A stretch of 61,961 bases of DNA, the filler included, from Stramenopiles sp. TOSAG23-3 (Eukaryota), in assembly GCA_900128585.1 (NCBI GenBank). It is 6 parts of 6 records of this genome, joined end to end, with 100 filler letters (N's around TTAATTAATTAA, not from the genome) between each part and the next. Parts side by side here need not be neighbours in the genome. Positions count along the whole stretch, not along the records: positions 1 to 10,265 come from LT642832.1; positions 10,366 to 20,624 come from LT642833.1; 4 more parts are not named here. One strand, 5' to 3'. This document shows positions 1 through 10,806 of this stretch, piece by piece. Made by a program: the position numbers and the translations under genes. Position 1 is the stretch's first letter. Each line of letters opens with the position of its first letter. A model generated the notes under the pieces. That model made no database searches, had not been told where the DNA came from, and saw nothing but the letters and a program-made list of their open reading frames with translations.

Positions 1-1107
1 AGCGAGGCACGCAAATTCTGCGCACTCTCGATGAAAGGAAGACCGTGCCACCGATTCTTTTCAAACATCACATTTTCGAACGGAAGGGCCTGTGTGTCTG
101 AGATTAACCGCTGCATAAAGACATACTCAAAATCGTTCGCAAGCACAAACACTTCCTTTCCTAACTTCGAAAAGCATGTAAAACATGGGCTTGAGGAGAT
201 GACCAAGGGGATGTTGTCGGTATTAGGGACCGTTGTCGGTGCGAGCGTAATGCTTTTTAACTTGTTGTTGGACGGCATTGTGTTCGTCAATGTTCTCAGC
301 ATCTTGGTATACGCGACTGTCGACCCAGTTGGATGGGTGCTAATTTCATTCACCAGCTTTGACGAGCAGCTACAAGGCACTTTGATAACCTACGTGCAAA
401 ACTACATTAGTGGAGTATTTAAAGTGCTGCTTCGAATTGTGTTTGTCAATGGCATGATTACATGGTTAACGCTGGACATCGCAGGAATTTCATTTAGTGT
501 CACCCTTGGGCTATTGTCCGGACTCATTTCCCTGTTTGGCGACTTGTTCGGAAACCTGGCCATGGTCATCCCGGGCCTTTTAGATTTATACCTTCGAGAT
601 GAGGGGGTCCATGGGGAACCGTTTAAAGTGCTGTTTTTGGTGCTGGTCTCTGCATGGCGATTCTTTTCCCCCGAAAGCGGGGTTGCCTTGAACGTGCATT
701 TGATTCACATCGACGATAAAAACGCCGAGCATTCGTTGGGGGACAACACGTCTATTTTGACCCTTGTACCTTGGTCAATTTTTGGGGGCGTGTTCGCATT
801 TGGCATCGGCGGGGCCGTCATAGGTCCAATCGTTGCGATATTACCCTTCCTTGCCAAAGATATATTTGCAGTGTACAGAGACTACTCGAAGATGAAGCCA
901 GAGGAACAAGAGCAACACCTGGAGAAGTTGAAAGTCGTAAACGAATCGTACAACTACAACACTTTCAAATCACCCGAGAAAAAGAAACGTAGGCGTGCGA
1001 GTATTGGCGTCGCTGATAGAAGATCGAGTTATGATGAAAAGCTAGCTGACGCGGACGACAAGAAAGGGCTCTCGAGAAAGCGCGTCGTGGTCAGTAAAAA
1101 GCAGTGA
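1..1107 (+). CDS. TMEM245 / AI-2E-family-like multi-pass membrane protein, 5'-partial
   Basis: Frame is open from base 1. Several hydrophobic helices; SIFGGVFAFGIGGAVIGPIVAIL resembles the C-terminal GGxxxxGxxGxxIGP motif of TMEM245/AI-2E proteins; charged tail. Confidence 0.6.
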   Translation, partial: SEARKFCALSMKGRPCHRFFSNITFSNGRACVSEINRCIKTYSKSFASTNTSFPNFEKHVKHGLEEMTKGMLSVLGTVVGASVMLFNLLLDGIVFVNVLSILVYATVDPVGWVLISFTSFDEQLQGTLITYVQNYISGVFKVLLRIVFVNGMITWLTLDIAGISFSVTLGLLSGLISLFGDLFGNLAMVIPGLLDLYLRDEGVHGEPFKVLFLVLVSAWRFFSPESGVALNVHLIHIDDKNAEHSLGDNTSILTLVPWSIFGGVFAFGIGGAVIGPIVAILPFLAKDIFAVYRDYSKMKPEEQEQHLEKLKVVNESYNYNTFKSPEKKKRRRASIGVADRRSSYDEKLADADDKKGLSRKRVVVSKKQ

Positions 1108-1371
1108 CTCTTCCTAAAGTCAGTTTTTAGATTGCTTTCATTCCTTTTTTGCTGTGTGGTATTTAGTAAAAACTTTAGAAAATGTTCTATTTTTAAGAAA
1201 AATTTACTTTTAGTGTTATAATAAATTAGAGCGCGTCTCTTTTACTTGTCGGCATTGGTGTATGTACAGGAATTGTGCGACAAAAATGTGCGTGCATTGG
1301 CAGGAACTCTTTCCCTGGTCCCAGTGGGCACCGTCCAGGCTAGCGTTACAACACAAGCCTACCGGTACGTC

Positions 1372-1911
1372 TTAGTCCAAACATTGCGCTTTGGTAGACT
1401 TCAGTAGGCTTTTAAGGGCCTTGTTCGCGGGGTCAAGGCCCGTCGCAGTTTCATAGGCCTCCACCGCGTCGGCCAACCGTCCGAGCGCGATGCTCGCTAC
1501 CGCCAGGCGATGGTAGCCTTTGGGCCAGGAGGGGCACAGCTTAATGGCCCGTTCGGCATCCAATGCCGCCTTTTCGTTATCTCCAATCATGTGGTATGAA
1601 TTGGACCGATTTCCATATAAAATATACTGCCGCCCATCGTCTTCGTCAAAAGCCAGGGCTTGCGAGTACAGCTCAATTGCCTCTTCGTACTTGGCACTGC
1701 GAAACGCAGCATTTCCTTGAGACTTAAAATTTGTAGAAGCGTTGTCAGAAATTTCTTTGCGGGGAACACGAAGGCTCTCTCGAAGGCCCCGTCTGTTAGT
1801 GATGGACTTTAGCGGTAAAATTTTTGTAGGTTTCTTATTTTCTAAGTCTGTTGATTCGATAAGAACCCATTCGTCCCCTAAGTCAATATCATTAAACGCT
1901 TGGCTCTCCAT
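1372..1911 (-). CDS. Small TPR protein (STI1/HOP-type three-TPR clamp)
   Basis: KSQGNAAF...AIELYSQAL, LYGNRS...ALDAERAIKLCPSWPKGYHRLA, AVEAYETATGLDPAN; carboxylate-clamp K/N/N/K/R residues present. Confidence 0.85.
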   Translation of the reverse strand: MESQAFNDIDLGDEWVLIESTDLENKKPTKILPLKSITNRRGLRESLRVPRKEISDNASTNFKSQGNAAFRSAKYEEAIELYSQALAFDEDDGRQYILYGNRSNSYHMIGDNEKAALDAERAIKLCPSWPKGYHRLAVASIALGRLADAVEAYETATGLDPANKALKSLLKSTKAQCLD

Positions 1912-2834
1912 GTCACTGTCAGGCGGAAAGGTGAAAAAGTTTGAAGCCGTTGAAAAGGTAGGTGATAAGAGGGTTTTGGTTTTCGCTGCGAGTCTTTAAA
2001 TATTAATTTGTGATCTTTAATGTATTGTCCAAATTTTTGCAATGTTTTGTTTCTTTCTCTTCAATTGTTTCTATCAATTTTTTCTTCATACTATCATTTC
2101 CACTTGAAGGTTAGCGTGAAGCATCTGTCGTAATAATTTATATGACATTGTTGGGTAGGTAGTTAGTCGTAGTATGATTTTGAGTTGTTAATTAAATTTT
2201 TGTGATGAGATGATTGTTGATGATGATGTGCGTGAGTTATTTTCTATACTGTGTACTGTTATTTTATCTAATCAAAAATGGCATTTGAAGAAGAAGAAAA
2301 AAATTATTACAAAAAACAACAAAAATGAGAGAAAGTTCGTTAAATTAAATAATATAAGAATAGCATAGAGAATCATATAAACTTATGGGTTAATAATAAA
2401 TAATCAAGAAGAGAAGAAAGAAGAAGAAAGAAAGAAAAAGAATTAGAGAGCAGAGATAGGTTGTTCTTCATTTTTAATTGCCATACTGTGTTCTTATTTT
2501 ATATTGGTTGCGTTGGTTGTATATCATCAAAAATAAATATATTTTATACTTGAAGATTCAAAAGAGATTCTTATTGTTTAATTTCCATATGCTATGTTGA
2601 TGTAAATACTATAAGAAACAATTCCACGGACTGTTCCAGTACTTAAATAATTGTGTAGTATACTTTATCGATATTTTATAGGATAATATAAATAGCATTG
2701 CACAGCATAATTGACGAGAGGGTGAGAATGGAGGGAGAAAATATGTAAATACCTTAACTAAAATAATATTGAGGTGAGGAGGGAAAAAGTTTTATTATTA
2801 TTATTATTTTTATTGAATTTTTTTGTTTTATTTA

Positions 2835-4823
2835 TTATTTGTCGTCTCCCGCCCCATTCGATTCGTAGCTTTGCATGACACCGTTAACCATCTGTATCAA
2901 ACTAGCCATCGTTTTGTCGCCTTCTTCTGCCAACCCCAAGTCGTTTTCTACTTCACTAACTCTAGCATTCATGCGATCGAGCACATACTCGATGTTCGCA
3001 AGGGCGGGGTTCGTAGACGAGACGCCCCCGCTTCCCTGGTGACGGGCACCCTTAGGGGACGCTTGCCTCCGGGTCCTTGACGTCTTTCGGCCTTTGTACG
3101 GGATGCGAGGCTTGACTTGGCTCTTTGTCGCGGTGGTATGTTGCATGTAGTGGGCGGGTTTGTCAAAGTTATCGTCTGCGACAACGGGGTGTTTCAGGGC
3201 GTAGCGAAGGTTGCTTATGGCCGTCCGCAGCGCTGCGGGCTCGCCTGGACCATCGTCGTTTATGACGATGGACCCTTGAAGCAGGTTTCCTGGCATAATC
3301 AACTCGTCCATCCCCTCGTCCTCCATTTGCTGGAACACGTCCGTTTCAAACTCGTCCCCATACCCATCGTAATCTTTCCCCTCGCCGTCGTCGTCGCCAA
3401 TGTCCGCTTCCGTCATGAACAAGCCAGACGGCGCTTTCAAATGGGCGGCACTCTTTTCCTCCAATTCTTTCTCTGCCGCCTCCCGCTGCCGTTCCATGAT
3501 CATCTCTTTCTCGTCCGCCCCCAACCGTATCGAAGTGCTTGGTGGCTCCTCTGCATTCTCCCACGTGTTCTCGTCAAACAGCGCCCTGTTGCCCGCCTCT
3601 TTCCATTGGGCGTTCGACGGTATTATGGACTCTTTTATCGTTGTTATCTTGAATGATGAATACGCGCCCCGGGCGGGGGCCCGCCGCTTCGTGTTCGGGG
3701 GCTCCGTGACAAAATTCATTACCCGCCCGTCATGGGCTGCTTTTTCTAACAAAGGCAGAGGCAACGGGGTCGATATGCGAGAGGAAGACATGCGGCTTGC
3801 CGCCGCTGCAGACTGTATTTCAGCACGAACGCTGGCGCTAACATTCCCACGGCCGCGGGAAGTCCCTGCCGTGCTAGGGGCATTTTCTGCATCAAACGAA
3901 CCCGGGGCAGTCAGCGGATTGCCGTACAAAATTACCTGCATCAGCCGCGGGCACTCCACGAGGCTTACGACGTCGTCTTCGTTGGAAATATAATTGTGGG
4001 CCAGGTTGAGCCATTCCAGCATTCGAAAACCGCCGGCGCCTCCCCTGGTGGTAGACCCTACGATGGACGCTGGCACGCCGCGGAAGAAATTGTGCGCCAA
4101 GTTCAGCTCCCTCAGGTTTGGGCACGACGACAAGGCCAACAGAGTCTCTTCGCGCTCCAGCCTGTTGCGCTCCAAGGACAGGACCTCCAATGTCCGAAAA
4201 TCGGCCAACATGGATGGCAGTGCATTCAACGAGTTGCATGTCAAGTCCAATACCCGCAGTCGGGGAAGCGTCATTAAGTTGCGAAACGCGTCTTTTCCTA
4301 CTTTGTTGTATGACAGGTCCAGCACTTCCAGGCAATCGAAGCCTTTTAACAGCCCTATTTTTTTTATCATGTTGCAGTGGAGGTGCAACTCTTCTAACGC
4401 CGGGAACGCGCCAAAGTCCTCCAAGGACATTTGGTTGTCCCCCACGTCCATGTACACCATGTTGGTAAAAAATTTCAAGTCCTCGCTGGTTGAACCTGTC
4501 AGCCCCATTTCTTGCAATTCAGCACGATGTGCCTCGTCCGGGAATTCAGCCTTGCACGCTTCCAACAACAAAAACCCATCCAACAATCGGGCGGGGGCCT
4601 CCTTCACGAGCTCCTGCAGCGCCGCTTGCCGCCTTCCTTTGACCAAATTTTTGTACTCGCTACGGGTCATCCGTGGCGCAAACTTGCGCTTTGATATGAC
4701 TTTTTTTACATTGGGTTCTGGAATCGTAGCGTTCGCATCAAAAGTTATGCGAGTCGCCAACAGAGGTGGTTTCATCTGGTTGCCACCGTCCCTCGGGTCG
4801 CCGCTGTTGGTTATCGCCGCCAT
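2835..4823 (-). CDS. XRRA1: X-ray radiation resistance-associated protein 1-like LRR protein
   Basis: LLDGFLLLE...DLKFFTNMVYMDVGDNQMSLEDFGAFPALEELHL followed by about 6 LRRs and a YGNPL cap, which is the XRRA1 pattern. Start set at ATG 4823 (MAAIT) rather than the upstream non-ATG start. Confidence 0.75.
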   Translation of the reverse strand: MAAITNSGDPRDGGNQMKPPLLATRITFDANATIPEPNVKKVISKRKFAPRMTRSEYKNLVKGRRQAALQELVKEAPARLLDGFLLLEACKAEFPDEAHRAELQEMGLTGSTSEDLKFFTNMVYMDVGDNQMSLEDFGAFPALEELHLHCNMIKKIGLLKGFDCLEVLDLSYNKVGKDAFRNLMTLPRLRVLDLTCNSLNALPSMLADFRTLEVLSLERNRLEREETLLALSSCPNLRELNLAHNFFRGVPASIVGSTTRGGAGGFRMLEWLNLAHNYISNEDDVVSLVECPRLMQVILYGNPLTAPGSFDAENAPSTAGTSRGRGNVSASVRAEIQSAAAASRMSSSRISTPLPLPLLEKAAHDGRVMNFVTEPPNTKRRAPARGAYSSFKITTIKESIIPSNAQWKEAGNRALFDENTWENAEEPPSTSIRLGADEKEMIMERQREAAEKELEEKSAAHLKAPSGLFMTEADIGDDDGEGKDYDGYGDEFETDVFQQMEDEGMDELIMPGNLLQGSIVINDDGPGEPAALRTAISNLRYALKHPVVADDNFDKPAHYMQHTTATKSQVKPRIPYKGRKTSRTRRQASPKGARHQGSGGVSSTNPALANIEYVLDRMNARVSEVENDLGLAEEGDKTMASLIQMVNGVMQSYESNGAGDDK

Positions 4824-6042
4824 GCTACCTATGACAAACTCTCGGAATCGCCGTAACGGACGGGGAGAACAAGAATGGGAGTTACTCTGCTCCAACACCA
4901 CAACCTTGCAACGCCTTCCTAGTATGTAACTATACAAATAAACGATTTTAAATCACCCTATCTAGTTTCTTCCTTCGTTTTCTCCTTTTCTATATAACGA
5001 AATCAATCTCTCTCACACACACACACACACATACACATTTGCTAATATACCGACATCAGTGATAATAATAATAAACTCGTAGTACGTATATTATTATAAT
5101 TTATTTTTATTAATAAAATAATAATTATAATAATATTCAGAAGAAGATTCTTTAGCATTTAGCAGTGGCGAAAAAATTAGTGGCAATTAGTGTATTGTCC
5201 ATTATTATATTTATTATCAGTTACTTTTTTTTCATTTTTTTTTTTTTTGATAAAAATAATTCGCTTTTACTTTACTTTCTATTATTATATTAATTATGTG
5301 TTCTAAAAATTCCTCTTCTAAATATTACAATTATAACTAAACCTTCTGAATCCTCAACGGTTTTATAAAATATCTATATATATTATACAGATATTTATTA
5401 TAAGTATATATTTGAGTTATATAATATAATTTAATACCCAGATTATTTACTATTAACAATCACTTGATTTTATTGATTTATTTGATAGGAAATATTATAA
5501 TTGTATACTATATTATATGATTTAGTAGATACACGAGGAGAAGATTCCAAGAAGGATCAAAAGAAAAGAAGATAAAATATAATTTATAGTTGGATAATAG
5601 AGTCACTCAACCACTCATCTCATCTTCTCACCACCAAATCAAAAAAACAACAAATAATAATATTATTATTATTTATAATATTAAAAAAATAGATAATACT
5701 ACTACAGAAGAAGAAGAAGAAGAAGAACAATAAAAATAATAAAAAATTAAAATAATATAAAAAAAAAAATTCATTCATCACTAACGAACAATCATTCGAT
5801 CAATAAATTCAATAATTATTATTCCTTTTTAACCAAGACAATGCAGATTTGATATCGATTGATTACGAATGTATTTCATACATATAGAAATTGAGTCGTT
5901 ACCACGATTTGTATCGGAGCAGAGATAGACGAAGAATTTGTGTTTTTGAAAGGGAAAGAAAGGTTTTTAAGTGTTGCGTAATTAATTTGTCCGTATTCAG
6001 ATTCGTGTAGATATACGGATAAATTGTTTTGTATTGTGGCAA

Positions 6043-6906
6043 ATGGGGGCTTTTAGTAATAACACAACACGTTTGCTGCTGGCTGTATTTTGGGCATTTG
6101 TACTCTCGAGTGGAACGTTGGCGCAACCAAGTTTTAATTCGCCGCCGTTGAATTGCGCTTCTTACAGGTGTAGGGCAAAGGGGCATCACCCAGTCCCAAA
6201 GAACATGAGGTTCAAGTCGAAGGGTTGTAACACAGGGGGTATTTCTATGTTTAATCCCGGGCAAGCACAGAGCACAGGACTGTTGCAGAAATGCTGTGAT
6301 TTGCGAAACGCGTGCTTCGACACCTGTGGCATTTCGTTCTCGTACTGTGTTAAGCAGTTTCAAAAGTGCACCGTAAACGCTTGTGTGACGCAGGTTGATC
6401 CGGAGAGAAAAAAATCTTGCGAAACTTCGGCAAATTTGTACAGAATGACGGTTAGTTTAGGGGGGTGCTCCAAGTTCGATCAGACACAGCAGGAAAATTG
6501 CGACTGCGTGGTCGGTGAAGCCCGTCTTCGAAAGAAACGGTTAAAAACCCTCAAGTCATTCTATAAAAAACACAACAAGAAACATGCAGAAAATAAAGAA
6601 AAACTGGACAAGTTGGTTGAAAAACATGGTACGAATACGGGGAAGTTTGCAAAGTTAACGTACAAGCTGGTCTCAAAGTACTACCCCAAGTCCATAAAGA
6701 TTGAGAAAGACCCCCAGCACGCCATGTACGAGGCGATGATGAATGACGTCAAGAAAGGACGGGCAGCAGACGATTACCGCGACGAAGCCGATGATAAGAG
6801 GAGTGCCGCTGAGATTGAGCCTGAAGAAGACGACAATGAGCCGGAGACGACGACTGCGTACGTAGAAGACGATGGAGATTCGGAGGTAATCGATCTCGAC
6901 GCTTGA
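6043..6906 (+). CDS. Secreted group XII phospholipase A2-like protein, probably inactive
   Basis: Signal peptide; group XII Cys spacing (GCNT...KCCDLRNACFDTCG...CVKQFQKC...C...GCSKF...QQENCDC); catalytic HD replaced by RN; helical and acidic C-terminal extension. Confidence 0.75.
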   Translation: MGAFSNNTTRLLLAVFWAFVLSSGTLAQPSFNSPPLNCASYRCRAKGHHPVPKNMRFKSKGCNTGGISMFNPGQAQSTGLLQKCCDLRNACFDTCGISFSYCVKQFQKCTVNACVTQVDPERKKSCETSANLYRMTVSLGGCSKFDQTQQENCDCVVGEARLRKKRLKTLKSFYKKHNKKHAENKEKLDKLVEKHGTNTGKFAKLTYKLVSKYYPKSIKIEKDPQHAMYEAMMNDVKKGRAADDYRDEADDKRSAAEIEPEEDDNEPETTTAYVEDDGDSEVIDLDA

Positions 6907-7077
6907 TCTGAAGACGCTACTTTTTTTTTTTTGAAAAGAGGACAACGGGCATAGAATTTTTTCTATATACAAAATGGCTAACTAAAATGTGTTACTTTAT
7001 TCTATTCTTAGGTAACAAGTTTGAAAACAACATTAGTATTGGCATTAAATTACTTTTTTGTGTGTCGATCTAATCCT

Positions 7078-8448
7078 CTAGTAACATTTTTTTGTAACTT
7101 CATGAATTTCGTCATAAGTCAGAGCATCCTGACTTTTTGAGCCAGCAAGCTTCTTTTTCTTCTTCTTCTTCGATTTTTTTGAGAAAAAGGACTGCACTTG
7201 CACGGGTTCCCCATTTTCATCCATTGCAATGTTTCCCGTGCTCTGCGCAAGTCGGGCTTGCGTTTGCAATTCCCTTGCCTTCCTTTCCTGCTCCCGCGCC
7301 ATCTCTCTTTCGAGTCGTTCTCGCTCCTGCTTTTCCCTCTTCTCCCTTTGGATGCGCGGCAAAGTGTTTACCCGGTACTTATGCTCTTCTACTTCCCGCT
7401 TTCGTTCTTCGTACTCGTACCGCTCGATCATTTCTTTTTCGTCTTTCAGTCGCTTCCTCTCTGCGCGAAGCCGGGCCTGGTAGTCACGCTGCAAGAATGG
7501 GTTCAACGGCATGTCTAGGTTGCAACAAAAGTGTTGGGTTTGGGGCTGCGTAATGTTCAGCTCTCGCAACTCCATGTCTATCCGCTTTATTTTGTCCAGC
7601 CACTTTGATGCGAACGGGGGCACCACCGCTCGTCCGCGCTCGTATTTGGTCGAATTGTAATGCGACGGCCCAAAATGTATGGCAGATGCCGATTTCTTGT
7701 ATATCATTGGGCTCCCGTGCGGCGCAATTAGTCCCTTTTTGCTTATGTTTTGCGGCATGCATTTTCTTGGGACCGTAGGGATATAACAATCGGGGGCGGC
7801 CCCGTACAATGACTCGCGTTGGAGCGCCTCAATATGCCGGTCTGGTTGAAGCATTAGTTTTGGGTTCGGTTTATAGCTGCTTATCTTTGCAGTTAAATCG
7901 TACCGGTTGCCCTTTTTCAATGGAACTTGCTTACGCATCTTGAAGTCCCACGTTCGCCCGGGCACGAAGGGGCCAACCTTCTGGCGCGCTGCCGAATTCG
8001 GCCCGTTGTTTGACGATTCCTCGTTTGCCAATTTGATGATGTCAGACACAAAGCGCGGTGTGAAGACTCTTTTCGATTTTTTTGCCTTTTGCTTCCGCTT
8101 TGGCTGTTCGGTCCGGCCTCTGGTGCTGCTGATTTGGGAGTTCTGGTGCATTTGATGGTCGTTAAACTGGGCTAAATTAATGTTTGAAAATATTTGCGAA
8201 GCCTTGGAGGAAGGTTGTACTCTATTTTTGCCCGATTTCCCTTCACGCCGCATTATTTTCTTCTTTAGACCCCGGTTTCCCCTGCCCCGTTTTGCCTCAA
8301 TCTCATTGTTCAAAGAACGAATCAGCGACTTGCACCATTGGCCGTCTGTCTCCAACAACGTAGGCGCATTGTCATCGTATATTAATTTGTCTTCCTCGAA
8401 CACATGTGGCCCCGAAAGAGAGTTTAGGTTCAATGCCGGTACGTCCAT
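7078..8448 (-). CDS. Hypothetical basic coiled-coil protein
   Basis: 456-aa ORF with coding-like composition bounded by AT-rich DNA; Glu/Arg coiled coil near the C-terminus; no family recognised. Confidence 0.7.
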   Translation of the reverse strand: MDVPALNLNSLSGPHVFEEDKLIYDDNAPTLLETDGQWCKSLIRSLNNEIEAKRGRGNRGLKKKIMRREGKSGKNRVQPSSKASQIFSNINLAQFNDHQMHQNSQISSTRGRTEQPKRKQKAKKSKRVFTPRFVSDIIKLANEESSNNGPNSAARQKVGPFVPGRTWDFKMRKQVPLKKGNRYDLTAKISSYKPNPKLMLQPDRHIEALQRESLYGAAPDCYIPTVPRKCMPQNISKKGLIAPHGSPMIYKKSASAIHFGPSHYNSTKYERGRAVVPPFASKWLDKIKRIDMELRELNITQPQTQHFCCNLDMPLNPFLQRDYQARLRAERKRLKDEKEMIERYEYEERKREVEEHKYRVNTLPRIQREKREKQERERLEREMAREQERKARELQTQARLAQSTGNIAMDENGEPVQVQSFFSKKSKKKKKKKLAGSKSQDALTYDEIHEVTKKCY

Positions 8449-8469
8449 AATCAATTCGTTTCAGATCAC

Positions 8470-8567
8470 CTGAGAAAAGAAGGGAATCCCCGTTTGTATG
8501 TCAACAATTTTTCCTGTGTACATGTACAGCAAATAAAATTCCAACTTTAAAATAACAAGGGGCGTAC
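8470..8567 (-). other. Candidate 5'-UTR spliceosomal intron (98 nt)
   Basis: Minus strand reads G|GTACGC ... TTGAC ... CCCTTCTTTTCTCAG|G, ending 21 nt before ATG 8448. Confidence 0.45.
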
Positions 8568-9146
8568 CACTTGTATTTCATCAAACTTTTCCTGTATACG
8601 TATTCCAACTTAAAAATTGTACACGTATGTATGTATATAGCCCCCAACAACAACACCACAATGGAAAAAAAGTGAAGGAATATATAATAATAAAAAATAA
8701 TAATGAAAAGATCCGTTTTATAATACATACTACTTAATAGACGACTGGTACAAGGAGAAAAAAAAGAAGAAAAAAACACTAATAATAATAAATATCTAAC
8801 AAATAATACGGCGAATATTATCCTCGTAATAACAGAGGATGTACATTCGAATGTATATTAATACATAGAACTAGTATTCAAACAGAGTAATCATTAGTAT
8901 ATAATAATTCATAGTCTACTTTGGTGGTTTTATTTTATTATTATTATTTTATCGTCAAAAAATCTTCTCAACAACAACAACAACAACACACAAAAAAAAG
9001 TTTCACTTTCTTTCTTCTAAAACAAATTCAACATTCAACGTGTTTGTCAACTACATACAATTTGTTTTGGAATTTCTATTTTATGAACACTGCCACGACA
9101 TTTATTGTGATTTTGTGAACACATAAACAAAGGACGGTAAGTCGAG

Positions 9147-10265
9147 ATGTTGCGGACAATTGGACGGGCGGAGGTGTTACTGCACAACACTACCGAGGAC
9201 CTGTGGGTCATTATTGACGGCTATGTTTATGACTTGAGTAAGTTTAAAGATCTTCATCCAGGAGGGGCTCCTCCGCTTAAATTTGTGGCTGGGAAAGACG
9301 CAAGCGATGCCTTTTATGGTCTGCACCGCTCGAGTATACTAAAAGAAAAGCGCTTCGAGCGTCTGCGAGTAGGTCGAGTAGCAGGATATACCCCGCCGCC
9401 AACACCGCCTCCAACACCATATTCGGAGCCACTGTTCATTCGAAAGCACTCTCCCTATTACAACGATTCGCACCATAAACTGCGGAGAGATGTGCGCGCG
9501 TTTATCGATGAACACATTGCTCCTACAGCTGCGGACGATGACGAATTCGGTGAGGACCCATCGATGGAGCTGAACGTAGCGATGGGAAACGCTGGGATCC
9601 TGGCAGCAATCGTAGGGCCAGAGGCAGCGCAGCTAGGTTTCAAGCCCATAGGGATGGAATCGTTTGAGAACTTTGACTACTTTCACGACATGGTAATTGC
9701 AGAGGAGTTCAAACGGCTTGGGACGTACGGGTTGTCAGACGGCCTTGTTGGGGGATTGTCCATAGGCCTTCCTGTCATCCTAACGTTCGGCTCCAGGAGC
9801 TTAAAGGAGCGCGTTGGAATCCCGTGCTTGAACGGGACAAAACGAATTGCACTGGCCATCTCAGAACCTTACGCCGGGTCCGACGTCGCCCGTATTCAGA
9901 CACAGGCCCGGCTCAGTCCTGATGGGAAGCACTACATAGTAAGTAGTGTAAAGAAATGGATCACCGGGGGGCGCTTTGCAGACTTCTTTACCACCTTGAC
10001 GGTAACCGAAAAAGGGTATGTTCTTATGGTGATTGAACGAGACACAGGCGCTGTAACAACTAAGCCTATTAAAACTTCATATTCGTCGGCTGCGGGAACT
10101 GCATATGTAGAATTCAATGATGCTCTTGTGCCTGTCGAGAATGTTGTGGGTGAGGTTGGAAAAGGGTTCAACTACACAATGTACAACTTCAACCATGAGC
10201 GGTGGGGGATGTGTGTGGGGGGAAACCGAATGTCTCGAATGATGCTGGAAGAGGCATTCAAGTGG
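9147..10265 (+). CDS. Cytochrome b5 domain - acyl-CoA dehydrogenase fusion, 3'-truncated by contig end
   Basis: WVIIDGYVYDLSKF..HPGG heme-binding domain; ACAD motifs LAISEPYAGSDV, KKWITGG, VGEVGKGF, FNHERW. Confidence 0.93.
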
Positions 10266-10365
10266 NNNNNNNNNNNNNNNNNNNNNNNNNNNNNNNNNNN
10301 NNNNNNNNNTTAATTAATTAANNNNNNNNNNNNNNNNNNNNNNNNNNNNNNNNNNNNNNNNNNNN
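10266..10365. other. Artificial contig-joining spacer
   Basis: N44-TTAATTAATTAA-N44; stops in all six frames; identical at five positions. Confidence 0.97.
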
Positions 10366-10806
10366 TATTGTTACTTTTTCATTCGACTATTATATTATTT
10401 CATATGAATTTAGTGTGTATTATTATACAGGTGTTAATTAATATATTTTATAATACACAATAAGGAGGAGGAGGAGGAGGAAGAAAGAAAGAAAAAAAAG
10501 AAAGAAAGAAAGAAAAGAAGAGAAGAAGAAGGCGCTGCGCATTTGAGTTTACAAGCAAATTATGAAAAATGTTTGTACGGAATGGTTCGTGTTCAACTAT
10601 ATATTTTTTAAATGAAAAGTAAAACGATTTGAGTTTCGATCTGAATAGTATACAGTAATCTTTGCACGACCACGTACCTTGGTTCATTCGTCCGTTCTAC
10701 ATTCGTCCGTTCTAGTGTGTATTACAGAGAACGAACGTTTCTACCGTTGTCAAGGGAGGGAGAGAGCTATCTGTTGGGCCTGCCTGGCTGCTTTCCGAGT
10801 ATATCT

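Noticed and set aside
4824-4937. N-terminal extensions from TTG/GTG starts in the ORF track (also upstream of 10807, 31632, 38486, 55554 and 58431)
   Set aside because: Eukaryotic genes; the extensions run into pyrimidine tracts or candidate introns, and conserved N-termini such as PSMB3 begin at the downstream ATG.
10310-10321. Palindromic TTAATTAATTAA repeated five times at about 10.3-kb spacing
   Set aside because: Always embedded in N44 runs; a synthetic six-frame stop linker, not biology.
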